Below, piece after piece: positions 37,973 through 48,651 of a stretch of DNA of 64,000 nucleotides. The stretch spans positions 4,856-68,855 of the forward strand of contig JAVWCK010000001.1 of assembly GCA_036649035.1 (NCBI GenBank), written 5' to 3'. The number at the start of each line of letters is the position of its first letter. The stretch's first letter is position 1. Source of the DNA: Raoultibacter sp. (GTDB lineage: Bacteria; Actinomycetota; Coriobacteriia; Coriobacteriales; Eggerthellaceae). The notes under the pieces are model-generated. The model was not told the origin of the DNA. It ran no database searches and saw only the letters and a list, made by a program, of their open reading frames with translations. Made by a program: the position numbers and the translations under genes.

Positions 37973-38593
37973 ATGCAATACGGTTTTTTCTTTGACAACA
38001 CCCGCTGCACCGGATGTAAAACCTGCGAAATGGCGTGCAATGACTATAAGAATCTCGATAGCGGACTTCGCTATCGGCGCGTCATTGATTATGAGGGCGG
38101 CTTTTGTATCGAGCACCCCAACGGCAGCGTTACCCACGATTGTTTCATGTACCATCTCTCGCTTGCCTGCAATCACTGCAGCGCTCCCGAATGCGTTCAC
38201 GTGTGCCCCACCGGCGCTATGCATAAAGACGAACGGGGGCTCGTCTGTGTCGATACCCGCAAATGCATCGGCTGCGGCTACTGCACGATGGCCTGCCCTT
38301 ACCACGCTCCCCACATCGACCAGCACATCAAAAAAAGCAGCAAATGCGACGGATGCACCGATCGGGTGGCACAGGGACAAGCACCTATCTGCGTCGAAGC
38401 CTGCCCTCTTCGAGCCCTTGATTTCGACGATATCGAAGCGCTCGAACAAAAATACCCCGACTGCACGCTGAGTATTCCCCCTTTAGCAGACGGCTCTCAC
38501 ACGATTCCCAACATGCGCATCAAGCCCTCGCCCGCCGCGGTGCGCGCAGAAAAAACCGGCGGGGGTCACATCGCCAATCTCGAGGAGATTTGA
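37973..38593 (+). CDS. DmsB-like four-cluster ferredoxin subunit (paralog 2, canonical Cys groups)
   Basis: 206 aa. The Cys groups are CTGCKTCEMAC, CNHCSAPECVHVCP, CIGCGYCTMACP and CDGC...CVEACP. It overlaps the dmsC-like start by 4 nt. Confidence 0.9.
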   Translation: MQYGFFFDNTRCTGCKTCEMACNDYKNLDSGLRYRRVIDYEGGFCIEHPNGSVTHDCFMYHLSLACNHCSAPECVHVCPTGAMHKDERGLVCVDTRKCIGCGYCTMACPYHAPHIDQHIKKSSKCDGCTDRVAQGQAPICVEACPLRALDFDDIEALEQKYPDCTLSIPPLADGSHTIPNMRIKPSPAAVRAEKTGGGHIANLEEI

Positions 38594-39453
38594 TTATGGA
38601 AAGCGGATTCGAGGCCTTTTCTCTTTCGTTGTTCACCACGCTTTCCCCCGCAGGCACCCTGGGATTTATCGCGGTCGCATTCGCGGTGCTCGTCTTAAAA
38701 CCTGACGAGACCTGCACTCAGCGCCTCAACCGCCTTCTCGCCCTTCCCCTTTCCTGTGTCCTGATCGGGTTCATCGCTTCGGCGACACACCTCGGAACGC
38801 CAGCAAACGCCCTGCACGTCTTTTCGGGCATCGGACGATCGCCCCTTTCCAACGAGGTATTCGCCGCAATCTGTTTTTTGGCGGCGGGAGGGTCGTATTG
38901 GATGGTGATGTTTAAAGAGCGCTTCCCCGCAACACTTGCCAAGATTTGGCTGGGTGTCGCCTGCATTGCCGGCATCGGCTTTATTGCCATGACATCGGTG
39001 GCCTATTCCGTCTTTACCGTACCCACCTGGAATACGATTTTTGTTCCTGCAAACCTTGTCTTTTCAGGGCTTCTTGCAGGACCGATTATAGGGATGCTGA
39101 CCTACACCCTTGCCGATTATCAGCACAACGGTTATGCCGTCGCTTTAACCGTACTTGCCACCATAGCCCTCGTGGTGGGATCGCTGTGTCTTTTCGCGCA
39201 GAACGCCGACCTCGCACACCTTGCCAACAACGAAATCATCGCAGCAACAATGGTGCCGCATTATCGTGAGCTCATTTGGGCTCACGTTGCGCTGGGATGT
39301 CTGGGCATTGCCTGCGCTACTTTTTCACTGAAGCACACGCTCTCAAAACGAAAGAGGATCGCCCTTCGCGGCGGAGCGTGCCTTATCTTGTGCGGAGCGG
39401 TCTTTCTCACCCGCATCGCTTTTTACCACATGCACATGACCATTGGGTTCTAA
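38590..39453 (+). CDS. DmsC-like membrane anchor subunit
   Basis: 287-aa ORF with about 8 TM helices. It is translationally coupled to dmsB paralog 2. Confidence 0.8.
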   Translation: MIMESGFEAFSLSLFTTLSPAGTLGFIAVAFAVLVLKPDETCTQRLNRLLALPLSCVLIGFIASATHLGTPANALHVFSGIGRSPLSNEVFAAICFLAAGGSYWMVMFKERFPATLAKIWLGVACIAGIGFIAMTSVAYSVFTVPTWNTIFVPANLVFSGLLAGPIIGMLTYTLADYQHNGYAVALTVLATIALVVGSLCLFAQNADLAHLANNEIIAATMVPHYRELIWAHVALGCLGIACATFSLKHTLSKRKRIALRGGACLILCGAVFLTRIAFYHMHMTIGF

Positions 39454-39942
39454 CAAACGCTCGTGTCCACCTCCGGCCATCATGGAAATGGCGTGGGGCA
39501 ACGCAGCTACCATGCCCTCCCAATTTTCTCGAGCAGCACGCTCGCTCCCCGGCAAATTGACCACCAGACAGCGCCCTCGCTGCATACACCGCGCACGAGA
39601 CAGCATGGCGTAGGGAGTGATGGCAAGGCTGTGCGAACGCATCGCTTCGGCAATGCCCGGCACGTTGCGCTCGCAGACATCCTGTGTTGCTTCGGGGGTT
39701 ACATCGCGCAGGGAAAGACCACTGCCGCCGCACGTGAGCACGACGTCAACCTCAAGTTCGTCAACGGCGCGCACAATAGCCGCAGAAATATCGGCACGCT
39801 CGTCTTTGACCACCACGTGGCTGACGCATTCCCAACCCTGTTCGGCAATGAGTCCCTCAAGGGCCAAGCCGGCGGTATCCTGCTTTATCCCCCGCGTATC
39901 AGAACAGGTAATGATGGCAAAACGTGGCAATTGATCAGCCAT
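39343..39942 (-). CDS. moaB: molybdenum cofactor biosynthesis protein B (MogA/MoaB family)
   Basis: 199 aa. It has the FAIITCSDTRG, VVLTCGGSGLSLRDVTPEAT and NLPGS blocks. The last 35 or so codons run antisense through the 3' end of the dmsC-like gene. Confidence 0.85.
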   Translation of the reverse strand: MADQLPRFAIITCSDTRGIKQDTAGLALEGLIAEQGWECVSHVVVKDERADISAAIVRAVDELEVDVVLTCGGSGLSLRDVTPEATQDVCERNVPGIAEAMRSHSLAITPYAMLSRARCMQRGRCLVVNLPGSERAARENWEGMVAALPHAISMMAGGGHERLLEPNGHVHVVKSDAGEKDRSAQDKARSAAKGDPLSF

Positions 39943-41198
39943 TATATACTCAACTCCTCAGAAACATCAAGCAGGATGCACGCAACCTGCGCACCTTCAG
40001 TACGTGATTGGAGGCCTTCTGGCATAACGGCCAGACAGTTGCTGCGCTGCAACACACCGAACAATCCCGAACTTTGATTTTGAGCCGGATCCACCACGTA
40101 ATCCCCCTCGTCATTTTTGTAGAGCGTAGAGCGCAAAAAGATGCGGCGTGGGTCCTTTTTGTGTACATCACGGGAAAGCCGTGCCAAAAGTGTCGGCCGC
40201 TCAAAGTGCGTATACCCCTGCATTTTTCGCAAAGCGGGACGAATGATCATTTCAAAGCCCACATAGGCCGCAGCGGGATTGCCGGGCAAGCCGAACACCG
40301 GCACCCCTTTGACCACGCCAAATGTCTGTGCCTTACCCGGACGCATATTGACCAGCGACATAAACAATTCTCCCAATTGCTCTACGGCTGGCTTGATGAA
40401 ATCAAAATCGCCATCGGAAGCGCCCCCGCTCGTCACCACGAAATCGTACTCGGCAACGGCGGCCTCAATCGCTTGCTTCAGCGCAGCAAGGGAGTCTTCC
40501 ACGATCGGCAAGATGGTCGGGCTGGCACCAGCCGCTGTAACGCTCGCGGCCAAGGCGTAGCCATTCGAGTTGCGAATCTTGCCCACCTGGGGCACTTCGG
40601 TCGGATTGACCAGTTCGGATCCGATCGAGATAACCGCGACGCGAGGGCGACGATATACGGGGACATCCACCACGCCGCACCCGGCCAAAAAACCCACACC
40701 CGCGCTACCGATAACTTCTTTGGCCCTGACCACCACATCCCCCGCGCGAGCCTCTTCGCCCGCTTCACGGATGTGCGAGCGCATCGCGACAGGGGCCGAA
40801 AACGAAACGCGGCTTCCCCGCTTGCCATCACCGGACACAACGCCCACGATTTCGTATTTCACCACCGCTTCAAGCGCCTGCGGAAGAGGAGCCCCTGTCA
40901 TGATGCGCACGCACTGCCCGCGTCCAACAGGTCCTTCATAGGTATCCCCCGCCGCTATTTCAGCGACAACATCAAGCTCGACCGGGGCATCCTCGCACGC
41001 TGTGGCAAGATCGTCCACAAAGACCGCAAAACCATCCATGGCAGAGTGCGCAAAGGGAGACACGTCGATATCGCTTCTCAAATCAGCCGCGCACACCCGC
41101 CCAACACAATCGAGCAACGGCACCTTCTCGGCCGACAGAACACCCACCTTCGACAAAACAAGAGCTCGAGCTTCCTCGAGCGAGATCATTTCTGGCAT
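39942..41198 (-). CDS. moeA: molybdopterin molybdenumtransferase
   Basis: 418 aa. It has SPFAHSAMDGFAV, the central MoCF-binding domain (VVTSGGASDGDFDF) and LPGNPAAAYV. Confidence 0.95.
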   Translation of the reverse strand: MPEMISLEEARALVLSKVGVLSAEKVPLLDCVGRVCAADLRSDIDVSPFAHSAMDGFAVFVDDLATACEDAPVELDVVAEIAAGDTYEGPVGRGQCVRIMTGAPLPQALEAVVKYEIVGVVSGDGKRGSRVSFSAPVAMRSHIREAGEEARAGDVVVRAKEVIGSAGVGFLAGCGVVDVPVYRRPRVAVISIGSELVNPTEVPQVGKIRNSNGYALAASVTAAGASPTILPIVEDSLAALKQAIEAAVAEYDFVVTSGGASDGDFDFIKPAVEQLGELFMSLVNMRPGKAQTFGVVKGVPVFGLPGNPAAAYVGFEMIIRPALRKMQGYTHFERPTLLARLSRDVHKKDPRRIFLRSTLYKNDEGDYVVDPAQNQSSGLFGVLQRSNCLAVMPEGLQSRTEGAQVACILLDVSEELSI

Positions 41199-41295
41199 AT
41201 GCTCTCCTCAAATCCTGTTTTAAACTCTGCCCATTATAGCGCGCCCAGGATAAAACAGAAGCTGAAACATCCGCATGAAAACAAGTGCTGCACCC

Positions 41296-42444
41296 TCACT
41301 TTCCAAACGTAGCCACCGCTTGTCGCATCTTTGCAACGATTGAAACGTCGAAGGGGCATCGCGTTTCACAATCGGCGCATTCGATACATTCTCGTGCATG
41401 ATGATCGAGCGAGGCGTAGTGCTCGCGCACCGTTTCAGGCAGGGATCCCGCAGCGATTACCAGGTCAAGATATTTGTTGACCGCAGCGATATCGATAGCT
41501 GCCGAACAGGGCGCACAATGTCCGCAATACATACACTCCCCCGCAAACGTGTGCGTGGGAAGCTCGGAGAGCACGCTGCTGAAATCGCGCTGCTTATCGC
41601 TGGCATCTGAATAGGCACACGTTTGGGCAAACTGCTCGGGTTCATGAAAGCCCGCAAACACCGAAGCGACCGCGGGACGCGTCAGCGCATAGTGCACGCA
41701 CTGCACCGGCGTCATCGCCACCTTGAACTGCGAACGAGCCGCATCGAGCAGGCGTCCTCCGGCAAACGCCTTCATGACCGTGATACCCACTCCCTTACGC
41801 TCACACAGTTTATAGAGCGCATCGCGGTCGGCGTCGATGTTATAGAGCGGGTGCTCGTAATTTTCGAGATTGAACAAATCATCAATGTTCTCCGTTGCCG
41901 GCTGCAAATCGTAAGCGGGATTGATGCTAAACATCAGCACTTCGATCAGGCCGCTCTCAACGGCCCGCTTCGCCACAACCGGATTGTGGGAGCTGAGTCC
42001 GATATGACGGATGCGCCCCTCGGCTTTGAGCTGCTGGGCATACGCAATCACCGGCCCGTTGAACACTTCGTCGAAGTCGGCCTCGCCATCCACAAAGTGG
42101 ATCATGCCGATATCGAGGTAGTCGGTTTTCAGCTGCGCAAGCTGCGCCTCAAACGCCGCTTTGGTCTCAACGATATCGCGCGTGCGCTTATACTGGCCAC
42201 CGGTCCACGCCGAGCAGATATGCCCCTGGATGACCACATCGGCTCGCACCTCGGCAAGCGCGGCGCCCAACAGGGTGTGTACCTGCGGGCTGGGTGTATA
42301 CAGATCGAAAAAGTTGATACCCTCCTGCAGCGCCGCCGCCGTCAAGGGCGCTACGCGCGCCAGGGGATCATCAACGTAACCTTCGCACCCCATGCCGACT
42401 TCGCTGACGCGCAATCCCGTCGTTCCCAGATACCGATAATTCAT
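41296..42444 (-). CDS. aldo/keto reductase fused to a C-terminal 4Fe-4S domain
   Basis: The start is taken at MNYRYLGTTGLRVSEVGMG, after a GAGGAGG Shine-Dalgarno. It has an AKR barrel followed by CMYCGHCAPC and CIECADCETRCP motifs. Confidence 0.85.
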   Translation of the reverse strand: MNYRYLGTTGLRVSEVGMGCEGYVDDPLARVAPLTAAALQEGINFFDLYTPSPQVHTLLGAALAEVRADVVIQGHICSAWTGGQYKRTRDIVETKAAFEAQLAQLKTDYLDIGMIHFVDGEADFDEVFNGPVIAYAQQLKAEGRIRHIGLSSHNPVVAKRAVESGLIEVLMFSINPAYDLQPATENIDDLFNLENYEHPLYNIDADRDALYKLCERKGVGITVMKAFAGGRLLDAARSQFKVAMTPVQCVHYALTRPAVASVFAGFHEPEQFAQTCAYSDASDKQRDFSSVLSELPTHTFAGECMYCGHCAPCSAAIDIAAVNKYLDLVIAAGSLPETVREHYASLDHHARECIECADCETRCPFDVSIVAKMRQAVATFGK

Positions 42445-42523
42445 AGATGCCTCCTCACAAGGTAAGCGACCCGGCCTCAAACGAGAGCGGGTCGCTGCAG
42501 TTCATCGATTGTCGATGCGCGTA

Positions 42524-43861
<1,338 letters not shown>

Positions 43862-43969
43862 CTAAAGTGCACGCACCCCCGCAGCATAATCACCGATTTC
43901 GCAGATATGCGGCAAAGAGAAGGAGTGACAGGTTGAAAAGGCAAAGCTCGTTAACGCACTCTTCCTCAA

Positions 43970-44815
43970 CTACAGCAGCACCGCAACCAGGACACACCCC
44001 GCAATACCGCAGACGAGTACGACGGCGCTGCAGAGCGTGAACGATTGCGGATGCAGCTGCGTACGCGTCGCTTCAGCACCATAGCAGCGCGATTCCATGG
44101 CTATAGCAAGATTATCTGCGCGACGGAACAAGCCAACGAACAGGGGGATAAGCACCGTTTGCCATGCGTGCAAGCGCGACCAGAGGCTTCCTTCTTCAAA
44201 CATCGAACCGCGAGCCCATTGGGCAGCATGCACGCGAGAAAATTCCTCTGCGGTAACCGGAATGAAGCGCAGCGCAATCGAAAACATGGTAGCGATATCG
44301 TCGGTGGGCACGTGAAGGGCACGCAGGGGACGCAAAAAGGACTGCAGCGCGTCGATAAGCGCGTTTGAAGTGGTGGTATAGGTAACCACCAAACTGGCCA
44401 GCACCAGCAAAACGATGCGAAGCACATAAAAACACCCGCGAGCAAACCCTGCGGGCACAAAGCAAAACGTACCGAAAAGGGTGAAGGGCTGGACACCCTC
44501 GAGAAAACCCGCAGACACCGCGCCCAGCCCATAACTTTGCCCCAGGCTTGCCGCATCGAAGGCAAAGCTATTGAAGATCAACGTGAAGGCCAAAATGAAA
44601 TAGACGGGAACCAGCAACTTCAACAACTGGAAAAACGGCAGACGCGCCACAAGCACCGCTATCGCGAACGAAGCGATGCACACGAACAATCCCGTCCAGG
44701 TATGCACGAAGAAAAGGGTTATGGAATAGGCCAAAAGCAACACGAGCTTCACTCGGGCATCGCACGTATGAAAAGGCGTTACACCTGGAATGTATGTATT
44801 GAGATTAATTTGCAT
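43970..44815 (-). CDS. ecfT: energy-coupling factor (ECF) transporter transmembrane T component
   Basis: 281 aa and multi-TM, with the conserved coupling-helix Ala-Arg-Gly motif (AQWARG) and a second ARS-like motif (AMESRCYG). Confidence 0.85.
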   Translation of the reverse strand: MQINLNTYIPGVTPFHTCDARVKLVLLLAYSITLFFVHTWTGLFVCIASFAIAVLVARLPFFQLLKLLVPVYFILAFTLIFNSFAFDAASLGQSYGLGAVSAGFLEGVQPFTLFGTFCFVPAGFARGCFYVLRIVLLVLASLVVTYTTTSNALIDALQSFLRPLRALHVPTDDIATMFSIALRFIPVTAEEFSRVHAAQWARGSMFEEGSLWSRLHAWQTVLIPLFVGLFRRADNLAIAMESRCYGAEATRTQLHPQSFTLCSAVVLVCGIAGCVLVAVLL

Positions 44816-44831
44816 GAAGGCAGTATGTCAC

Positions 44832-44857
44832 AAAAAAACGAGGGCCGAAGCCCTCGT
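44832..44857 (-). terminator. intrinsic terminator after rplQ
   Basis: ACGAGGGC, loop TTCG, then GCCCTCGT, followed by TTTTTTT on the minus strand. It ends only 16 nt upstream of the ecfT start codon. Confidence 0.8.
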
Positions 44858-44891
44858 TTTAAATGTACTTTTGAAAAGCAATCGAAATCGG

Positions 44892-45512
44892 CTATTCGGC
44901 CTTTTTCTCTTCAGCTTCAACAGCTTCTTCAGCCTTGGCAACGGTTTCCGCAGCTTCAACAGCAGCAGCTTCGTCACCGGAAGCGTCAGCAGCCTTTACG
45001 GCGTCGGCAGCTTCTTCTTTAACAGCTTCCTCAACCTGCTCCAAATCTTCAACAGCTTCCACTTCGGCAGCGGCTTCCGTCTTCTTAGCAGCAGTCTTAG
45101 AAGCGGTTTTCTTGGCAGCAGGCTTTTCAGCAGCAGCACCCTTTTTGGCTACCGGTTCGGTGACCATTTCCATAATAACCATGGATGCGTTGTCGCCCTT
45201 GCGATTGCCCAGCTTCATGATGCGGGTGTAGCCACCCTGGCGATCCTTGAACATACCCTGCTCGACCTTTTCGAAGACCTCGCGGACCAATTCCTTGTCG
45301 CCCAATGCAGCGATAGCAAGACGACGAGAATGCAAGTCGCCCTTTTTCGCCCACGTGATAATCTTGTCAACGTCAGGACGGATTTCCTTGGCGCGTTCCT
45401 CAACCGTCTTGATGCGGTCGTTCATCAGCAATGCACCGACCAGGCTTTTTTTCATAGCCTTGGTATGACTGGCATCAGTGCCGAGCTTGCGACCCTTCTT
45501 GTTGTGTCTCAT
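44892..45512 (-). CDS. rplQ: 50S ribosomal protein L17 with Ala/Glu/Lys-rich C-terminal extension
   Basis: 206 aa. MRHNKKGRKLGTDASHTKAM is the canonical L17 start. The last 85 or so residues are low-complexity A/E/K. Confidence 0.95.
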   Translation of the reverse strand: MRHNKKGRKLGTDASHTKAMKKSLVGALLMNDRIKTVEERAKEIRPDVDKIITWAKKGDLHSRRLAIAALGDKELVREVFEKVEQGMFKDRQGGYTRIMKLGNRKGDNASMVIMEMVTEPVAKKGAAAEKPAAKKTASKTAAKKTEAAAEVEAVEDLEQVEEAVKEEAADAVKAADASGDEAAAVEAAETVAKAEEAVEAEEKKAE

Positions 45513-45525
45513 AGTGTCTTATCTC

Positions 45526-46479
45526 CTATTGCTTCAAATTGAGATCCATTGAAATAAGCTTGTCTTTCACTTCTTCAATGGACTTCGCACCAAAGTTCCT
45601 AATATTGAGCAAATCATTCTCAGAATACTCAACCAACGCACGCACAGCATGAATACCAGCGCGCTTCAAGCAGTTGTACGAACGGACCGATAAATCGAGG
45701 TCTTCAATCTGCTTGTCGAGCTCAGCATTGGATTCCTGGCCTTCAGGGGCGAAGATCGAAGGAGCTTCCGCTTCTTCTTCCGCTTCCTCAGGTTCAGACA
45801 GGCTCAGAAATGCACCCATGTACTGATTGATAATATTCGCGGCACGGCACACCGATTCGGTCGGATCGATGGAACCATCGGTCTCGACTTCAAGCACCAA
45901 CTTATCGTAGTCGGTACGCTGGCCTACACGCGTATCGGTAACATCCAGCGTGCAACGGCGAACCGGGGAAAACAACGAATCAACGTGGATAACGCCGATG
46001 GGATCCTCGGTGCGCTTGTTGCGTTCAGCCGAAACATAGCCACGGCCAACGCCGATGCGGATAGTCATATCGAGCTGGCCGCCATCAGCCACGGTGGCGA
46101 TGACGTGCTCGGGGTTGATCAACTCGAACTCAGTCGGAATATCAAGATCAGCGCCGGTCACCATACAGGGACCTTCCGCTGAAACATGTGCGCTCGCTTC
46201 AGTCACCGAATCGTTGAGGGCAGAAAAAACCAGGCCCTTCACGTTCAGAACAATATCGGTGATATCCTCGATAACGCCTTCAGCAGTCGTAAACTCGTGC
46301 TGTACGCCATCGATCTGAATAGCAGTCGCTTTAGCGCCATCCAAAGAGGATAGCAAAACGCGACGCATGCAGTTGCCCAGCGTATAGCCGTAGCCACGCT
46401 CAAGCGGCTCAACAACGTAGCGAGCAACACTTTCGTTGACTTCTTCCGTTGTAACCGTCGGCCTCATGAACTCTGTCAT
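45526..46479 (-). CDS. rpoA: DNA-directed RNA polymerase subunit alpha
   Basis: 317 aa. It has GYGYTLGNCMRRVLLSS and a C-terminal domain with LDLSVRSYNCLKRAGI. Confidence 0.98.
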   Translation of the reverse strand: MTEFMRPTVTTEEVNESVARYVVEPLERGYGYTLGNCMRRVLLSSLDGAKATAIQIDGVQHEFTTAEGVIEDITDIVLNVKGLVFSALNDSVTEASAHVSAEGPCMVTGADLDIPTEFELINPEHVIATVADGGQLDMTIRIGVGRGYVSAERNKRTEDPIGVIHVDSLFSPVRRCTLDVTDTRVGQRTDYDKLVLEVETDGSIDPTESVCRAANIINQYMGAFLSLSEPEEAEEEAEAPSIFAPEGQESNAELDKQIEDLDLSVRSYNCLKRAGIHAVRALVEYSENDLLNIRNFGAKSIEEVKDKLISMDLNLKQ

Positions 46480-46514
46480 ATCGTATAAGCCTCCTTACAA
46501 AGCCGCAATGTCTG

Positions 46515-47141
46515 TTATTTCGAGTAAAGTTCGATGATAAGCTGCTCGCGAATATCCAGATCGATCTGATCGCGCTGAGGAAGCGCCAAAACGCTGCCCT
46601 GCAACTTCTCGATGTCGACTTCCAGCCATGCAGGAACCTGCACGCGCTCGTTAGAGATAAGAGCACTCTTGATAACCAACAGATCCTTGGCCTTTGGAGC
46701 AACAGCAACCACATCGCCAGGACGTACGCGGAAAGACGGAATGTCCACGCGCTTGCCGTTCACGGTGATATGGCCGTGGCGCACCTGCTGACGAGCCTCG
46801 GCACGAGACTTCGAAAAGCCCAGACGATACACGACGTTATCCAAGCGGCTTTCCAGGATGCGAAGCAGGTTTTCACCCGTAACGCCCTGCTGGCGGTTGG
46901 CTACATCGTAGTATCCGCGGAATTGCTTTTCAAGCAAGCCATAGATACGCTTGGTTTTTTGCTTTTCGCGTAACTGAAGGCGATATTCGCTTTCCTTCAC
47001 GCGTTTGTGGCCGGCTTCACCCGGCGCATAGTTGCGACGCTCTAAGGCACATTTGTCCGTATAACAGCGATCGCCCTTAAGGAACATCTTAGTTCCTTCG
47101 CGGCGGCACAATCTGCAGTCCGCCCCCGTATATCGAGCCAT
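46515..47141 (-). CDS. rpsD: 30S ribosomal protein S4
   Basis: 208 aa. It has the [16 protein letters not shown] start and an S4 RNA-binding domain. Confidence 0.98.
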   Translation of the reverse strand: MARYTGADCRLCRREGTKMFLKGDRCYTDKCALERRNYAPGEAGHKRVKESEYRLQLREKQKTKRIYGLLEKQFRGYYDVANRQQGVTGENLLRILESRLDNVVYRLGFSKSRAEARQQVRHGHITVNGKRVDIPSFRVRPGDVVAVAPKAKDLLVIKSALISNERVQVPAWLEVDIEKLQGSVLALPQRDQIDLDIREQLIIELYSK

Positions 47142-47157
47142 AATGGGATCCTTTCAG

Positions 47158-47556
47158 TTAAACGCGACGACGCTTGCACTGACGGCAACCGTTGTGCGGG
47201 ATGGGTGTGCAATCTTGAATACTAGCCACTTCAAGCCCAGCAGCCTGCAGCGAGCGAATTGCGGTTTCGCGACCCGAACCGGGGCCTTTCACGAAAACCG
47301 AAACCTTGCGAAGACCATGCTCCATAGCTGCCTTAGCTGCCGCTTCTGCGGCCATCTGTGCGGCGAACGGAGTGGACTTACGAGAGCCCTTGAATCCGAC
47401 CGTACCAGCAGATTGCCACGAGATCACATTACCCTGAGGATCGGTGATGCTCACAATAGTATTGTTAAACGTTGATTTGATATGCGCAGCACCCACTGCG
47501 ATGTTTTTACGTTCGGAACGCTTGAGGCGGGTGCGCACGTTTTTCTTAGTTGCCAC
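47158..47556 (-). CDS. rpsK: 30S ribosomal protein S11
   Basis: 132 aa, with [16 protein letters not shown] and TPIPHNGCR. Confidence 0.98.
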   Translation of the reverse strand: MATKKNVRTRLKRSERKNIAVGAAHIKSTFNNTIVSITDPQGNVISWQSAGTVGFKGSRKSTPFAAQMAAEAAAKAAMEHGLRKVSVFVKGPGSGRETAIRSLQAAGLEVASIQDCTPIPHNGCRQCKRRRV

Positions 47557-47565
47557 TTAACTACC

Positions 47566-47934
47566 TCACTTCTTCTTTCCGCCGATTTGCTTTCTGGGGC
47601 CTTTGCGAGTGCGTGCGTTCGTGTGCGTACGCTGACCGCGAACGGGCAGGCCGCGACGATGGCGCAGGCCGCGATAGCAACCGATCTCCATGAGGCGTTT
47701 GACGTTCTGGGAAACCTCGCGGTGCAAGTCGCCTTCCACCTTGATGTTTTCCTGAATATAGTCGCGAAGCTTGCTCAAATCGTCTTCGCTCAAATCCTTC
47801 ACGCGAACGTCGGGATCGACGCCGGTTTCCGTGATGATTTTTTTGGCTGTAGTGAATCCAATACCGTAAATATAGGTCAAGCCGACTTCAATGCGCTTAT
47901 CGCGAGGAAGGTCGACACCAACAAGACGTGCCAT
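47566..47934 (-). CDS. rpsM: 30S ribosomal protein S13
   Basis: 122 aa, with the [26 protein letters not shown] start. Confidence 0.98.
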   Translation of the reverse strand: MARLVGVDLPRDKRIEVGLTYIYGIGFTTAKKIITETGVDPDVRVKDLSEDDLSKLRDYIQENIKVEGDLHREVSQNVKRLMEIGCYRGLRHRRGLPVRGQRTHTNARTRKGPRKQIGGKKK

Positions 47935-47955
47935 AGATTTACTCTCCTCTTCTTC

Positions 47956-48069
47956 CTAGCCCTGACGCTGCTTATGGCGCGGGTTTTCGCAAATTACGAG
48001 AACCTTGCCATGGCGTCGGATGATTTTGCATTTGTCGCACATTTTCTTGACCGAAGGACGTACCTTCAT
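47956..48069 (-). CDS. rpmJ: 50S ribosomal protein L36
   Basis: My own translation: [37 protein letters not shown] (37 aa, Zn-ribbon Cys/His pattern). It is absent from the ORF track because it is shorter than 60 aa. Confidence 0.95.
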   Translation of the reverse strand: MKVRPSVKKMCDKCKIIRRHGKVLVICENPRHKQRQG

Positions 48070-48276
48070 AATCTTTTCCTTTCGGTTATGCGTTCATTCA
48101 TTTACTTATATACCACACCCAGCCGCAGGTGATAGTTTGCTTCATTGTGTTGATTTTAAAATATCAACGGTTAAAACTTGGTTGTCGGCCTCCCGACAGC
48201 ATCGAATTTTCTCGATATTGACACGCGAACACACAAGATGCGCACATTTCAGGTGCGAATCGAGGGTAAAAACCGC

Positions 48277-48495
48277 TTATTTAAAGCGATAGGTAATACG
48301 TCCACGGTTTAAATCGTAGACGGAAAGCTCAACAGTGACCTTATCTCCCGGCAGAATTTTAATATAATGCATACGCATCTTTCCCGAGATATGAGCCAAT
48401 ATCTTGTGCTCGTTCTCGAGTTCGACCCTAAACATAGCGTTTGGTAAGGCCTCAAGGACAGTACCTTCAAGCTCAATTACATCTTCTTTGGTCAA
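48277..48495 (-). CDS. infA: translation initiation factor IF-1
   Basis: The conserved 72-aa protein (M)[71 protein letters not shown] starts at a TTG at 48495, preceded by GAAGGAG. The longer track ORF to 48645 has a non-homologous N-terminus. Confidence 0.93.
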   Translation of the reverse strand: MTKEDVIELEGTVLEALPNAMFRVELENEHKILAHISGKMRMHYIKILPGDKVTVELSVYDLNRGRITYRFK

Positions 48496-48651
48496 AATTG
48501 CTCCTTCAAGCAAGCAGGTCATTAAGCGACAAACATTGATGATACCAAACTGGGTAGATATGATGCAAGGATAATTTTTCTTGACCACTGCGTCCTGTGC
48601 CGCTAAAATGTGTACTCGCGCATCCGACGTTTGCGCGTTACGCAATGGTGT

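Noticed and set aside
44892-45150. Ala/Glu/Lys-rich 85-aa tail on ribosomal protein L17 as a novelty.
   Set aside because: Low-complexity C-terminal extensions on L17 and other ribosomal proteins are a known, widespread feature of Actinomycetota.
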